64,000 bases of DNA, from positions 64,001 through 128,000 of IMG/VR virus record IMGVR_UViG_3300025874_000005; one strand, written 5' to 3'. The notes beneath the pieces were generated by a model. The model saw nothing but the letters and a program-made list of their open reading frames with translations, had not been told where the DNA came from and searched no databases. Shown here piece after piece: positions 8,069 to 18,662 of the stretch. The DNA comes from a virus. Position 1 is the stretch's first letter; every line of letters starts with the position of its first letter. Made by a program: the position numbers and the translations under genes.

Positions 8069-8132
8069 AAATTACTTGGATTGCTAGTATTTATACCATA
8101 TATTATGACTTTAATACTATAAAATTTTTAAA

Positions 8133-8321
8133 ATGAGCCATTACGAAGACGCACTTTATGAAGTTTATGAAACAGTACAAAGAGAAGGATTAAAAGAAAA
8201 GTTTGACATACAAACTAAAAAAATGCAATCTCAAGATAAACATAAAAATAAAACTGTGGTTGAAAAGTGGGAGTATGCTTTATATAGGATAAGAGGTGGT
8301 AATAGTAAAGATCGTTACTAA
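8133..8321 (+). CDS. hypothetical protein
   Basis: Track ORF; promoter-like motifs at ~8076-8105. Confidence 0.6.
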   Translation: MSHYEDALYEVYETVQREGLKEKFDIQTKKMQSQDKHKNKTVVEKWEYALYRIRGGNSKDRY

Positions 8322-8323
8322 GT

Positions 8324-8758
8324 ATGAAAAAAATGGATTTTGATAATATATTTAACCTATTTGGTGAAGAAGATGTAAGTAATAATACTACTACTTATAC
8401 TAATTTAACCTCAACTCCCCTATATTGGTTAGGTATGCATACAAAACTTATCCTTAATCATATAAATTTTAGGAAAAAAGCAATACGATTGTTAAAAAAT
8501 TCAAATATGGAGTTAGATCCTGCAGAATTAGCAGCTGCCGGTGAAGTAATTGCTTATAATAGAGCTTGGTTTTATATTAAAAAAATAGATCTTAGTAATA
8601 AAGATCATGTTGAGGCTATATTGGCACATGGTGATGATTTTTTGGAAACTTCTTTAGAATTAGCCATCAAACATTTCCAATCCCCAGAAAGAGAAGAGTA
8701 TGAAAAATGTCTTCATCTTTTAGAAGTTCTTAAACTATCAAAAGAATTACGACTTTAA
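8324..8758 (+). CDS. hypothetical protein with C-terminal UVR-like motif
   Basis: LELAIKHF...EEYEKCLHL resembles the UvrB/UvrC coiled-coil motif. Confidence 0.55.
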   Translation: MKKMDFDNIFNLFGEEDVSNNTTTYTNLTSTPLYWLGMHTKLILNHINFRKKAIRLLKNSNMELDPAELAAAGEVIAYNRAWFYIKKIDLSNKDHVEAILAHGDDFLETSLELAIKHFQSPEREEYEKCLHLLEVLKLSKELRL

Positions 8759-8905
8759 GTAGGATACCAGAGAAATTTTGGGTACCTTGGAAATACGGGT
8801 TTTGAAGATATTTAGGAAAATGAAAGAATAGGAAATGAGGAGTATAGGTTGGATGAATGAGGGGGTTATTGTATATTATAGACACATTAATAAAATAAAA
8901 ATAAT

Positions 8906-9103
8906 ATGGCATTTAGAAACAAAGAATTGGTTGACAAAGGGTTTGTAAATATTAAATCCGGAGTTAAAACATTAGATCTAATGGTATCCCGTGGAGGAAG
9001 CGACATTGATACTTTTAGAAAAAAAATAAAAGAGGTTTATGATAAAATTGAAGAGGTAGAATCTTTAGTTGAACGCGAAGCCGGAGTTCTAAGAAACGGA
9101 TAA
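8906..9103 (+). CDS. hypothetical protein
   Basis: Track ORF downstream of promoter motif 8849-8878. Confidence 0.6.
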   Translation: MAFRNKELVDKGFVNIKSGVKTLDLMVSRGGSDIDTFRKKIKEVYDKIEEVESLVEREAGVLRNG

Positions 9104-9119
9104 TACAAAAATAAAAGTT

Positions 9120-9893
9120 ATGAAATTAACAGCAGACCAAATTCAAATGAATTGGGTGGAATTTTTGAGTAATATTGATACTTATATTTCCTCTCCTCGT
9201 AAAGAACAACTAACTAAATTTTATGAAAAGTATGCGGAACGTATTATGTTTATGCCTGCTGCTCATAAAAAAGAATATCACTCTGCCTTTCCTGGAGGTT
9301 ATGTAGATCATGTTAATAGAGTAGTTAAAGCTGCTTTATCAATGTCTGCTGTTTGGGAAGGTTTTGGTTGTGATATGACTACTTTTACTACTGAAGAATT
9401 AGTATTCTCAGCTATTAATCATGATTTAGGTAAAATGGGGGATGATAACCATGAAGCTTATATCCCACAAACTGATAAATGGAGAAAAGATAAACTAGGT
9501 GAAGATTATATGTTTAATAAAGAATTAGCATTTTCAGCTGTCCCAGATAGAGGATTATTTTTACTTCAAGATAATAACATTAAATATACATTTAATGAAA
9601 TGGTAGCAATCCAAACACATGATGGGTTATATGATTCAGCTAATGAAAAATATTTAAAGGGTTATATGCCAGAACAAAAACCACGCACTTCATTACCATT
9701 TATTTTACATCAAGCAGATATGATGGCAGCTAGAATTGAATTTGAAATTGAATGGTTGCCTAAATTTAAAAATAACTTGGATACCAGTAAAAATAATTTT
9801 ACATTGGGTAATAATAAGAAAACCTCTACAAAAAATAAAGCCTTAGGCTCTATTAAAAGTGAAGGTTTACAAAACATTTTTGATAAACTATAA
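9120..9893 (+). CDS. HD-domain phosphohydrolase (YhaM-like)
   Basis: YHSAFPGGYVDH, HDLGK, THDG, HQAD. Confidence 0.85.
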   Translation: MKLTADQIQMNWVEFLSNIDTYISSPRKEQLTKFYEKYAERIMFMPAAHKKEYHSAFPGGYVDHVNRVVKAALSMSAVWEGFGCDMTTFTTEELVFSAINHDLGKMGDDNHEAYIPQTDKWRKDKLGEDYMFNKELAFSAVPDRGLFLLQDNNIKYTFNEMVAIQTHDGLYDSANEKYLKGYMPEQKPRTSLPFILHQADMMAARIEFEIEWLPKFKNNLDTSKNNFTLGNNKKTSTKNKALGSIKSEGLQNIFDKL

Positions 9894-9895
9894 AT

Positions 9896-10189
9896 ATGGA
9901 AATTTATCCAACTACATTATTTGTAACAATTGCAATTTTAAGCATTTTAGTTTTAGTCTTAGGATATACAACTTTTAATTTACTTAAGAAAAATGAAAGA
10001 GCAGAAGATATAGTATTAGGATATCTTGATTATTTAGATAAAATATCCAGGGTAATAGAAGTTGCCGATGAAAAGGTAAAAAAAATTGATGTAAAAGGAT
10101 CTTTTGAGTCAGATGATGAGGTAGGTTTTTTCTTTAAGCAAATTAAACAAATTCAAGAAATTCTAAATGATTTCCAATTAAAAGAATAA
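9896..10189 (+). CDS. single-pass membrane protein
   Basis: N-terminal TM helix; FESDDEVGFFF motif. Confidence 0.65.
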   Translation: MEIYPTTLFVTIAILSILVLVLGYTTFNLLKKNERAEDIVLGYLDYLDKISRVIEVADEKVKKIDVKGSFESDDEVGFFFKQIKQIQEILNDFQLKE

Positions 10190-10197
10190 AATAGCAG

Positions 10198-11010
10198 ATG
10201 GATGAAATAATAAGGAGGCATAAATCATTACCTCAGAAAAAAGTATATTTTTCAAAAGTGACAGAAGCAGCGATTGTAAGATACAATCGCTCCTCTGATC
10301 CCGAAGAGCGAAGTGATATATATGCCGAACATATACATTGGGGTTTTTATAAACTTACAGAAAATATCATCCATACTTTTAAGTTTTATCATACTGATGG
10401 GGTAGAAAATTTAGAAGATTTACAACATGAGATAATTACCTTTTTATTATCTAAAATACATCTATTTAATCCTGAAAATGGAGCTAAAGCCTATTCATAT
10501 TTTGGAACTATAGTTAAACGTTGGTTAATAGTATACAACCAAAAAAATTACGGTAAAAAAATAAAAAATATAGCAATTTCAGATTTAAATCACTACTCAC
10601 AATTAGATACATCAGATCCTTCATTTATTATATCACAAAATAGATTAGATGATACTCAAGTTTTAGTTGAAGATGAAGAATTTAGTAGTAGAAATTTAAA
10701 AGAAAATAAAGACTATAAATATGAAGATCGTTTATCTTTATTTATAGACCAATATGTAAAATATTGTACTGATAGAATTTATGTTTTATTTCCTAAAGGT
10801 AATGATGCTACTATAGCTGATGCCATTTTAGAATTATTTAGAAAAAGAGATGCCATTGATGTATTTAATAAAAAGGCACTTTATATCTACATTCGTGAGA
10901 TGGTAGATGTTAAAACTCCAAAAATAACTAAAATAGCTAATAAATTATATGCTATATTTAAAGAAAAGTATATGTTTTATTTAGAACATGGCTACTTTCC
11001 ACCAAAATAG
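10198..11010 (+). CDS. phage RNA polymerase sigma factor (T4 gp55-like, late transcription)
   Basis: Sigma region-2-like EDLQHE...IHLFNPENGAKAYSYFGTIVKRWL; lies directly before the late structural block. Confidence 0.65.
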   Translation: MDEIIRRHKSLPQKKVYFSKVTEAAIVRYNRSSDPEERSDIYAEHIHWGFYKLTENIIHTFKFYHTDGVENLEDLQHEIITFLLSKIHLFNPENGAKAYSYFGTIVKRWLIVYNQKNYGKKIKNIAISDLNHYSQLDTSDPSFIISQNRLDDTQVLVEDEEFSSRNLKENKDYKYEDRLSLFIDQYVKYCTDRIYVLFPKGNDATIADAILELFRKRDAIDVFNKKALYIYIREMVDVKTPKITKIANKLYAIFKEKYMFYLEHGYFPPK

Positions 11011-11023
11011 TTTTAATAATGCA

Positions 11024-11031
11024 TATTTATA
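11024..11031 (+). promoter_or_regulatory. putative late promoter TATTTATA
   Basis: Same octamer upstream of genes at 4468, 14284, 27236, 32173, 35791, 38191, 45182, 49736, 52282, 54201, 61009 and 63458. Confidence 0.7.
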
Positions 11032-11043
11032 ATCAAAAACATT

Positions 11044-11382
11044 ATGGGACAGTTAGATTCATACGTTTTTGGGGATAAAAAATTTTCTGATTTATTAGAA
11101 GAAATCTACCAAAACCAAAAAAAGAGAGATACTCAAGTAGTAGCTTTAATATCAGAATTAAAACCTTTAGTTCAAGAAATAGGTGATGCTACTCTTATAG
11201 TTCCTCTTATTAAAGAATATATGGAAATTGGAGTTAAAAATGATGATGCTCTAATTAAAATGGCTACTATTGTTCAAAGAGCGCTTCAAAACCAAGATGA
11301 AGATGGTGGATTAGGAATTAGTGAAGAAGAAAAAGAACAATTATTAGCTGAGATGGAAAAAATTTCAAAAGAAAATAAATAA
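11044..11382 (+). CDS. conserved-looking helical phage protein (function unknown)
   Basis: First gene behind a late motif; all-alpha; TAATG-coupled to the next gene. Confidence 0.65.
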   Translation: MGQLDSYVFGDKKFSDLLEEIYQNQKKRDTQVVALISELKPLVQEIGDATLIVPLIKEYMEIGVKNDDALIKMATIVQRALQNQDEDGGLGISEEEKEQLLAEMEKISKENK

Positions 11383-12614
11383 TGGCTCAACAACCTACAG
11401 GATTAAATTCACTTAAGGGCACACCATCAGTTAAACCTCAAAATTCTGGGGTATTTGCAGCTAGGGTAAGACATGCTATGGTGGACGAACAAACTGAAAA
11501 CAAAGCATTTAAAGATTTTGGCAATTGGAGTTCTATAGGTTGTTTATTTTTTGATAAATTAAATACCCCAAACCCCAGCCCCCAATTTACAACTGATAAC
11601 TTTGCAAGACCTTTATTTCCTAATAATTCTAATATACCTTTAAAAAACGAAATAGTTTACATAATATCATTACCAAACAGTAATGTTCAAGGTGATGTTA
11701 ATGACCAAACATATTATTACTTTCAGGCAATAAATATTTGGAATAGCACACATCATAATGCTATCCCAGATCCTATTAATGGGGAATCAACACCCGCAGC
11801 ACAATCTCAAGATTACGAACAAACAACTGCTGGTTCAATTAGAAGAGTTTCTGATGGTAGTACTGAAATTGATTTAGGTAAAGATTTTAAAGAAAAACTA
11901 TCTATAAGAAATCTTCAACCCTATGAAGGTGATTTAATATATCAAGGAAGATGGGGACAATCTCTTAGATTTGGTTCAACTAATAAAGATGCAACAATCC
12001 CCAATACATGGTCTAAATCAGGAGAAAACGGTGATGCTATTACAATAATAAAAAATGGACAACATGAAGAAGATAGTGACCCTTGGATTCCACAAGTAGA
12101 AGACATAAACACAGATAAATCTAGTATTTATTTAACAACTACTCAAGAAGTACCAATTGATTTAGCTAGTAAAAGTTATAAATCATATGCTTCATCACCA
12201 ACAGCAGCTCCTATTTTTAAAGAAGAACAAGTAATTTTAAATTCAGGTAGATTATTATTTAATTCAAAATCAGATTCTATTTTACTTTCATCTTTTGATA
12301 CTATAAATCTAAACTCAGTAAATAGTGTAAATATAGATACCCCAAAAACCATAGTATCATCTCCTGAAATTTATTTAGGTGATAAGGGTGCTACTGAACC
12401 CATAATATTAGGTGATAAGTTTCTTTCAGATTTTTCATCATTAATGACATCATTAATATCATTATGTAGTGCATTAGGAACACCAATTGGTACACCAATT
12501 CCTTTTGTCCCTAACGCAGCTATCCCAGCTCCTGCTACACAAACACTTGTTAAAGCACAAACAATGCTTAATAAAATTCAAATGTATAAATCTAAAGTAA
12601 GTAAATCTAAATAA
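11382..12614 (+). CDS. baseplate hub/spike protein (gp5/VgrG-like)
   Basis: N-terminal OB-like region (ARPL...PLKNEIVYII), GRWGQSLRFG, beta-repeat VILNSGRLLFNSK...INLNS..SVNID; upstream of gp25/gp6. Confidence 0.55.
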   Translation: MAQQPTGLNSLKGTPSVKPQNSGVFAARVRHAMVDEQTENKAFKDFGNWSSIGCLFFDKLNTPNPSPQFTTDNFARPLFPNNSNIPLKNEIVYIISLPNSNVQGDVNDQTYYYFQAINIWNSTHHNAIPDPINGESTPAAQSQDYEQTTAGSIRRVSDGSTEIDLGKDFKEKLSIRNLQPYEGDLIYQGRWGQSLRFGSTNKDATIPNTWSKSGENGDAITIIKNGQHEEDSDPWIPQVEDINTDKSSIYLTTTQEVPIDLASKSYKSYASSPTAAPIFKEEQVILNSGRLLFNSKSDSILLSSFDTINLNSVNSVNIDTPKTIVSSPEIYLGDKGATEPIILGDKFLSDFSSLMTSLISLCSALGTPIGTPIPFVPNAAIPAPATQTLVKAQTMLNKIQMYKSKVSKSK

Positions 12615-14266
12615 TGTCGTTTCTATCTAGCCTTCTAATAAAAACAATTACAAAAGTAATTAAAAACTTAACTAAGTTTGAAGTTGCTATTGATGCTCTT
12701 ATAGATAGATTTAAGGCATCCTGCCCCCCAAAAGCAGAATTACTAAATATAGTAAAACAAAAAAACCAAATACAGGGAGCTCTTGAAAATGTTGTTGGTG
12801 CTTTTAATACTGTAGAAGCTACAGCTGAAACTACCAATACTATAGTTACTACGGTAAGTACAGCCGTTAAGGTAATAAAAGCCATCCCTATACCAACATC
12901 AGTCCCACCAGGTGTTGGTATTCCTATAAATGTTATTACACTTCTAGCAGATTCTTTAGATACTTTAGGTGATTTATTAAAAGGAGCTAAAGGTGCTCTT
13001 AAAGTAGTACCATCTGCCGGTAAAACTATACAAGAAGCTGCTCAAACTATAGTTACAAAATTACAAACTTTAGATGGTGTGTTAAATGTTTGCATTGAAG
13101 AATTAGCACAAAATGGGGGTGAAGATGGTGGGCCTATGACTCAACAAGAAGTAAATGATTTAATTAATGAAATAGGAAATGTAGCAGCTGAATCCGGAAA
13201 TTTTGTAAACCCAAACCTAAATACTGCCAATGAAGATGATTTATTATCACAACTAAGCCCTAATAGTGGTAATCCTCTTTTATATCAAAGACAACCTACA
13301 ATTTTTATTCCATTAGACCCTGATGGTAACTACACAAAGGGTGAAATAGACCCAGGATCTGGCCAGCAAATAATTAAAGATGAAAGTGGTAGATTTGGAT
13401 ATAATGCTGGGTTTGATTGGAGATTAACTATAGAATATAATGATGATAATGAATATTCATTCCCACAAAGAAGAGTAAAAGCAACAAACATAAATCCTTC
13501 TAATTTTAATATATTTAAAGGAATTAATGTTTATAATATAGGACCACCAATTGGTACTATGGAAGAACGAGGAGCATATTCATATAGTACATCAGTTAAA
13601 GTATTAATAGATGAAGTTAAATTTAATGTTGATTCACTTAATGTTAGATATTGGCAAAATAAATGGGTTCTTGATAATATGGAAGAAGCTGATGATGATG
13701 ATAGAATAGATGGTGATGGAAATGTAAGTGGTGGGGGTACAGATGGAAATACAACAGCACCTGGGGGTACAAACCCTCCACCACTACCCCCAGTTACTGT
13801 ATTACTACCTAATGGTGTAACTATGTCTGATTTAGATATTACTTTACCTATTGTACAAAATGGGTCTGGTACTTATTATAAACAAATATTTGTTGAAACC
13901 ACACAACCTAATAAATCTGTTTATTTAAAAATAGACACAGGAGGTAATGAAGTTCAAAATCAATACGTTCAAGGAGACTATGGCCAGCCTGAATATGGTA
14001 GTTATTTACAAGGTGAAGTTAAGGTAAGAATTGATTCAAATTTTAATAACGCCGGTAGTGGTGAAGATGGAAATGTAGTAACAGTGAAAACCGTAGATCG
14101 AGAAGCTATAGAAGTTAAAATTCAATATGCTGAACCCGGGCAATATTTACTTAAATACACAGTTGTATTTAAAGATTATGATCCACCTGGGTTTACAAAA
14201 GAAATCCAATCTAATCAGGGGGGAATAATTTCTCTATCAACTGGAAGTTTCTTTGAAGGAGATTAA
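12614..14266 (+). CDS. hypothetical baseplate-associated protein
   Basis: Coupled to the spike gene; helical N-terminus with a hydrophobic Pro-rich hairpin; beta-rich C-terminal domain. Confidence 0.6.
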   Translation: MSFLSSLLIKTITKVIKNLTKFEVAIDALIDRFKASCPPKAELLNIVKQKNQIQGALENVVGAFNTVEATAETTNTIVTTVSTAVKVIKAIPIPTSVPPGVGIPINVITLLADSLDTLGDLLKGAKGALKVVPSAGKTIQEAAQTIVTKLQTLDGVLNVCIEELAQNGGEDGGPMTQQEVNDLINEIGNVAAESGNFVNPNLNTANEDDLLSQLSPNSGNPLLYQRQPTIFIPLDPDGNYTKGEIDPGSGQQIIKDESGRFGYNAGFDWRLTIEYNDDNEYSFPQRRVKATNINPSNFNIFKGINVYNIGPPIGTMEERGAYSYSTSVKVLIDEVKFNVDSLNVRYWQNKWVLDNMEEADDDDRIDGDGNVSGGGTDGNTTAPGGTNPPPLPPVTVLLPNGVTMSDLDITLPIVQNGSGTYYKQIFVETTQPNKSVYLKIDTGGNEVQNQYVQGDYGQPEYGSYLQGEVKVRIDSNFNNAGSGEDGNVVTVKTVDREAIEVKIQYAEPGQYLLKYTVVFKDYDPPGFTKEIQSNQGGIISLSTGSFFEGD

Positions 14267-14298
14267 AAAATTTAATAATTTAATATTTATAATAAAAA

Positions 14299-14643
14299 AT
14301 GAAGTCATCACAATTAAAAACTCTAATTAAAGAATCAGTAAAAGAAGCAATTCAAGAAGAATTGAAGGAAATTTTACTGGAAGCTGTTAAGACTCCAAAA
14401 GTTACAACTATAGCATCAGTACCTCATCAAACTGTTGTAGAGCAACAAACTCCACAACAACCTGTTATGAGTGCGGAAGAAAAAAGATCAGCATATTCAA
14501 ATATATTAGGTGATATGAGCGGACAATTTACATCAGCTCAAGTACAACCTAAATTTAACCCACAAGGCGGAGATGCAATTAATGGATCATTACCCCCAGG
14601 TGAAGTTGATATGGCACAAATATCAGGATTGTTAAAAAAATAA
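14299..14643 (+). CDS. hypothetical virion/head-associated protein
   Basis: MKSSQLKTLIKESVKEAIQEE leader resembles those in the 32-50 kb block; late motif upstream. Confidence 0.65.
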   Translation: MKSSQLKTLIKESVKEAIQEELKEILLEAVKTPKVTTIASVPHQTVVEQQTPQQPVMSAEEKRSAYSNILGDMSGQFTSAQVQPKFNPQGGDAINGSLPPGEVDMAQISGLLKK

Positions 14644-14647
14644 ATAA

Positions 14648-15055
14648 ATGGCAAGAATTTTACAAAACAGATTTCCAATTGACTCAGTAGGCCGTAAAGC
14701 TGTTGGGTTTGGATTTCCCTTAAATGGGCCTGCTGTTTTTGTACCTACATTTACAACTAGAGAGCAAACAAAATCCAATTTAATCAATTATTTATTAACC
14801 AATAGAGGAGAAAGAGTATTTAATCCTATGTTTGGGGCAGATTTAAGAAATTTATTATTTGAAAATGTTTTAGATCGAACAACCGACGAATTACAAGAAC
14901 GAATACAAAATGATATTAAAAATTATTTCCCACAAGTAGATATAAAAGAAATTCTATTTGATAATCAACCTGATAGAAATACTATAAGTTTTACATTAAC
15001 ATATACTGTAGCAAACTTTGGGATAACTGATGACATAACTATATTACTACAATAA
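14648..15055 (+). CDS. baseplate wedge subunit (gp25-like)
   Basis: NLINYLLTNRGERVFNPMFGADLRNLLFE, the GPW/gp25 signature. Confidence 0.9.
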   Translation: MARILQNRFPIDSVGRKAVGFGFPLNGPAVFVPTFTTREQTKSNLINYLLTNRGERVFNPMFGADLRNLLFENVLDRTTDELQERIQNDIKNYFPQVDIKEILFDNQPDRNTISFTLTYTVANFGITDDITILLQ

Positions 15056-16917
15056 TGGCAGATTTAAAACGAGACATAAGATATATTAATAAAGATTTCA
15101 ACCAATTTAGAAATTCTTTAATACAATATTCAAAAACATATTTCCCTAATACCTATAATGATTTTACAGATACCTCTACAGGTATGTTGTTTATGGAAAT
15201 GGCATCTTATGTAGGTGATGTGTTATCTTTTTATTTAGATAACCAAATACAAGAAACATTTATTCAAAAAGCAAGACAGCAGGAAAATTTATACCAAATG
15301 GCTTACTTATTAGGATATACTCCTAAAGTAACAACAGCAGCTAGTGTAAATCTTGACTTTTACCAACAAGTACCAGCTATATTAGAAAGTGGTGAATATG
15401 TTCCAGATTACAACTATGCCATGATTATTCCAGAAAATACTCAAATTACTTCTAATTTAGACAGTAATATAAAGTTTTTAATTGAAGATGTAATTGACTT
15501 CTCAGCATCAGGATCATTAAATCCTACAACTACATCAGTATATCAAATTTCAGGTAATAACCCAACATATTTCTTATTAAAGAAAACAAGAAAAGCAATA
15601 TCTGCAACTATTAATACAACATCATTTACATTTAATGCCTCAAAAAGATTTGATGAAAGAAATATTAAAGATACTAATATTATAGGCATATTAGACTGCG
15701 TAGATACAGATGGCAATACCTGGTATGAAGTGCCCAATATGGCGCAAGAAAACGTATATGATACGATTAGAAACACAAATACAAATGACCCACAATTCAA
15801 TATAGAAGAAGATGCTCCATATTTACTTAGATTAAAACAAGTGCAAAGAAGATTTGTATCACGTTTTATAGACTCAGGGTCATTACAAATTCAATTTGGA
15901 GCGGGGGCAACAACAAATAATGATGAGCAAATAGTTCCAAACCCAGATAATGTAGGTTTAGGATTGTCATTTGAAAGAGATCAATTAACAACTGCTTTTT
16001 CACCTTTAAATTTTATATTTACAAATACTTATGGTATTGCTCCATATAATACAACTTTAAATTTTAGATATCTAACAGGAGGGGGAATTGGATCTAATGT
16101 TGAAGCTGGTACTTTAACTGTATTAGATGATACTAATTTTACATTTGTAAACCCCAACCTACCAGATACAGCATTAGCAAATCAAATATTTAAATCAGTT
16201 TCTTCAAATAATGAATTAGCAGCTGATGGGGGTCAAGATGGTGATACTGTTGAAGAATTAAGATTAAATGCTGTTGGTAACTTCCAAAATCAATTACGTA
16301 CTGTAACAAAAGAAGATTATTTAATAAGAGCTTTATCTATGCCTTCTAATTTGGGTACTATAGCAAAAGCATATGCAGCCCCAGTAAAAATAAATGAATT
16401 TCAACCTGGTGAATTACCTACAATGTTAGATTTATTTGTTTTAACATATGATGCTAATGGTAATTTAAGAACAGCTTCACCTTTAATGAAACAAAATTTA
16501 CAAACTTACTTAGCAGAGTATAGAATGATTAATGATTCTGTTAAAATTAAAGATGCTTTTATTATTAATATAGAAGTAATATTTGATATTATAGTATTAC
16601 CTAATTTTAATAATAATGAAACTATTACTAAATGTATAACATCATTAACTAATTTCTTTGCAGTAGATAATTGGCAGATTAATCAACCTATTTTACTTAA
16701 TAATTTATATATTCTTTTAGATAAAGTAGAAGGAGTCCAAACTGTAAAAAATATAACAGTAAATAATTTATCAGGAGTATCTTTGGGGTATAGTGATTAT
16801 GCATATGACATCCCAGGAGCAACTGTAAATGATGTTGTGTATCCTTCAATAGACCCAATGATATTTGAAATTAAATATCCTAATACTGACATTAAAGGTA
16901 GAGTAGTACCACTATAA
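15055..16917 (+). CDS. baseplate wedge subunit (gp6-like / baseplate J)
   Basis: DFNQFRNSL...YNDF..., YVGDVLSFYLD, LGYTP, IQFG.G, GGQDGDTVEELR, RTVTKEDY. Confidence 0.9.
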   Translation: MADLKRDIRYINKDFNQFRNSLIQYSKTYFPNTYNDFTDTSTGMLFMEMASYVGDVLSFYLDNQIQETFIQKARQQENLYQMAYLLGYTPKVTTAASVNLDFYQQVPAILESGEYVPDYNYAMIIPENTQITSNLDSNIKFLIEDVIDFSASGSLNPTTTSVYQISGNNPTYFLLKKTRKAISATINTTSFTFNASKRFDERNIKDTNIIGILDCVDTDGNTWYEVPNMAQENVYDTIRNTNTNDPQFNIEEDAPYLLRLKQVQRRFVSRFIDSGSLQIQFGAGATTNNDEQIVPNPDNVGLGLSFERDQLTTAFSPLNFIFTNTYGIAPYNTTLNFRYLTGGGIGSNVEAGTLTVLDDTNFTFVNPNLPDTALANQIFKSVSSNNELAADGGQDGDTVEELRLNAVGNFQNQLRTVTKEDYLIRALSMPSNLGTIAKAYAAPVKINEFQPGELPTMLDLFVLTYDANGNLRTASPLMKQNLQTYLAEYRMINDSVKIKDAFIINIEVIFDIIVLPNFNNNETITKCITSLTNFFAVDNWQINQPILLNNLYILLDKVEGVQTVKNITVNNLSGVSLGYSDYAYDIPGATVNDVVYPSIDPMIFEIKYPNTDIKGRVVPL

Positions 16918-16928
16918 AATAAAAAAAA

Positions 16929-17516
16929 ATGGCAATCGGAACAAATAATTTAGATAGAGCAATAGAAGAAAGAATTAGGAAAGGTCCAAAACAATCCTTA
17001 AGAGATAGTTTTAATAAAACTAATTTAGACACCCAAAACCCAGAACCTGAAGGAGGTCCAATTAATGATCCTGTTATTGTTGTAGATGGTATGACAGCTG
17101 GGAGTGGATTTGAACAAGTTTATTCAGCACAAAATCCATATTTACAAGATTCTAGAACAAATCAAAATTCTATTTTGTATGAAAATGGTATAACACCTGA
17201 AGATAGCACATCCCCCGCTCTTAAAATTACTGCTTTAGATATAGAATCAAGTGAAGCTGGAGTAAGACAAGGAGGATCAGGAGGTCCTAATAGAATAGCA
17301 CCCAATAAACTTAATACCGTTGGTCAAGATGGTACATATCAATTAAAACAATATCCATCTACTAAAAATAATTTTACTCCTAACCCAACAAGTGGTACTC
17401 CTTTAAAGAATAAAGAAGGCGAAAATGTTCCAAATCAGGAAGTACAAGCATATACTCCACAAAATACTTATATGGATTATATGGTGGAACAAAAATCAAA
17501 AAACGATAATATATAA
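16929..17516 (+). CDS. hypothetical protein (low complexity, internally repetitive)
   Basis: Track ORF within the baseplate operon. Confidence 0.6.
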   Translation: MAIGTNNLDRAIEERIRKGPKQSLRDSFNKTNLDTQNPEPEGGPINDPVIVVDGMTAGSGFEQVYSAQNPYLQDSRTNQNSILYENGITPEDSTSPALKITALDIESSEAGVRQGGSGGPNRIAPNKLNTVGQDGTYQLKQYPSTKNNFTPNPTSGTPLKNKEGENVPNQEVQAYTPQNTYMDYMVEQKSKNDNI

Positions 17517-17519
17517 GAT

Positions 17520-18662
17520 ATGGCTATTTATAAAATTTTTCCTGAAAAAGATGCAACTTTATACACTGAATTCCCAAATAAAAATACAGGATTAGATCAG
17601 ATTATTGAGGCATCAACTTATCAAGCAAATGCTACAGCACAGGTTAGTAGATATTTAATTAAATTTCCTACAAGTCAAATTGCTGAGATGTATAATGATA
17701 AAATCATAAATGGAGAATATAAAGCATATTTAAGAAACTTTAATGCTGTAGTAACAGGGTTAAATTTAGATCAAAAATTAGAATTTTATCCTGTTAGTGG
17801 AAATTGGGGTATGGGAACAGGAAGATATAATGATTCCCCAATAGTAACTAATGGTACTAGTTGGAACTGGTTAGATTATTCAGGATCTGTAGAGTGGCCC
17901 TCATCAGGGTTTTCTCCTTATGTAACAGCTTCATATAACTCATCTTTAGAAGGTGGAGGAAATTGGTATACAGGTTCTAATTTAACTTTAGACCCCGTAA
18001 CACAATCCCAAGCTTTTACTTATGCTGATACAAAAGATATTCTTGTTGATGTATCAAAAACAGTTGAAACTTGGTACAGTTACTCATTAAATAATGTTAA
18101 TGGGTTTGCTAATGAAGGATTTTTAGTAAAACAACCTTCAGGAAGTGAATTTATTAATACTAAAGCGAACAACACAATTTTTAGATTTTTTTCAATTGAT
18201 ACTAATACAATCTATCCCCCACAATTAGAATTTAGATTTAATGATTATATTTTTAATACTGGATCTTCTAAAAATACTATATTACCCCAAGTAGAAAGTT
18301 TTGTTTCTATTTATAACAATCTCGGTACATACTATTCAGAAAGTATTCCTAGATTAAGATTTGCGGCTATGCCCAAGTATCCAGATAGAGCATTTTTAAC
18401 AGCCTCTCTCTATACAACTAATTATTTTCTTCCAGAAAGTCAATCATTATATGCTATTAAAGATACAGAAACTAATGAATTTGTAATTGATTTTGATCCT
18501 GAATACACAAGGATTAGTGCTGATGATACTTCAAGTTACTTTGATTTATATTGTAATGGTTTAGAACCTGAAAGATATTATACAATTTTAGTTAAAACAT
18601 CAATAAGTGGTGAAGTAAAAGTTTTCGATGAAAATATTATGTTTAAGGTAGCAAAAGGATGA
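17520..18662 (+). CDS. virion structural protein (DNRLRE-like N-terminal domain)
   Basis: KDATLY...NTG...SRYLIKF...W.MGTG...NEGFLVK...FFS......PQLE pattern. Confidence 0.6.
   Translation: MAIYKIFPEKDATLYTEFPNKNTGLDQIIEASTYQANATAQVSRYLIKFPTSQIAEMYNDKIINGEYKAYLRNFNAVVTGLNLDQKLEFYPVSGNWGMGTGRYNDSPIVTNGTSWNWLDYSGSVEWPSSGFSPYVTASYNSSLEGGGNWYTGSNLTLDPVTQSQAFTYADTKDILVDVSKTVETWYSYSLNNVNGFANEGFLVKQPSGSEFINTKANNTIFRFFSIDTNTIYPPQLEFRFNDYIFNTGSSKNTILPQVESFVSIYNNLGTYYSESIPRLRFAAMPKYPDRAFLTASLYTTNYFLPESQSLYAIKDTETNEFVIDFDPEYTRISADDTSSYFDLYCNGLEPERYYTILVKTSISGEVKVFDENIMFKVAKG

Noticed and set aside
11044-11382. Terminase small subunit call
   Set aside because: Size and helical character fit, but there is no diagnostic motif and it is far from the large subunit; left as hypothetical.
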